This document shows positions 63,512 to 64,000 of a stretch of DNA of 64,000 nt, piece after piece. A program made the translations under genes and the position numbers. Under the pieces are notes generated by a model that saw only the letters and a list, made by a program, of their open reading frames with translations, did not search any database and was not told the origin of the DNA. The stretch covers positions 94,798,001 through 94,862,000 of the forward strand of contig NC_043004.1 in NCBI RefSeq assembly GCF_006345805.1, given 5' to 3'. The stretch is from Octopus sinensis (taxonomy: Eukaryota). The first letter of the stretch is position 1, and each line of letters begins with the position of its first letter.

Positions 63512-63545
63512 CAATAATCGTTACGATTATCATCATCATCATCAT
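63085..63545. repeat. (CAT/CAC)n array with higher-order ~60-bp duplication
   Basis: cactattatcattgtc occurs twice, with a third degenerate copy. Confidence 0.9.
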
Positions 63546-63728
63546 TATCTGTTTTTCCTGCTGGCATGGGTCAGAGGGTTCCACTGGAACTGGCAAGTCA
63601 GAACACTGTGCCAGTCCCTTTCTGTCTGCTTGGCATAGTTTCTACGGGTTGATGCCTTTCCTAATGTCAACCATTTTACAGAGTGTACTGAGGGGGTTTC
63701 TTTTCTTTTATGTGGCACCAGCAGCAGC

Positions 63729-64000
63729 GTGGAGGCACAATGGCCCAGTGGTTAGGGCAGCAGACTCGCGGTTGGAGGATCGCGGTTTCGATTCCCAGAC
63801 CGGGCGTTGTGTGTGTTTATTGAGTGAAAATACCTAAATCTCTACGATGCTCCAGCAGGGGATGGTGGCAACCCCTGTTGTACTCTTTCGCTCCAACTTT
63901 CTCTCACTCTTTCTTCCTGTTTCTTATCCCCGACTTCCTACACAACCACTGAGCCTGGATGCACATTCATCCATCTGTCAATGGTCTTGGTATCAGGGGT
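63729..64000 (+). mobile_element. SINE family D, running off the window end
   Basis: gtggaggcacaatggcccagtggttagggcagcagactcgcgg...ggtttcgattccc. Confidence 0.85.

Noticed and set aside
63057-63837. 258- and 179-aa ORFs
   Set aside because: Trinucleotide array plus SINE-derived sequence.

Overview
AT-rich, repeat-saturated eukaryotic DNA. The SINE, LINE and microsatellite landscape suggests a coleoid cephalopod, probably Octopus (inference). No host protein-coding gene, rRNA, functional tRNA or CRISPR could be identified, and nearly all listed ORFs are microsatellite translations or transposon fragments. Supported content: five SINE-like families (working names A-E), non-LTR retrotransposon fragments (R4/Dong-like, CR1-like, RTE, Tx1/L1-like, Penelope GIY-YIG), mariner and hAT relics, a fold-back MITE, and many simple repeats. 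The best second-look signals are: (1) short Penelope-like elements carrying minimal hammerhead-ribozyme motifs, mostly on the minus strand and embedded in (TA)n, two with head-to-head inverted ends; (2) three subfamilies of R4/Dong-like elements plus short non-coding elements sitting in (TAA)n arrays, one split precisely by a young CR1 copy; (3) a SINE found as multimers with identical junctions and two alternative tails, one tail matching a LINE-like 3' end in the same window. Repeat boundaries were read by eye and are approximate (about 10-20 bp) unless stated as exact. All alignments and folds were done by eye.
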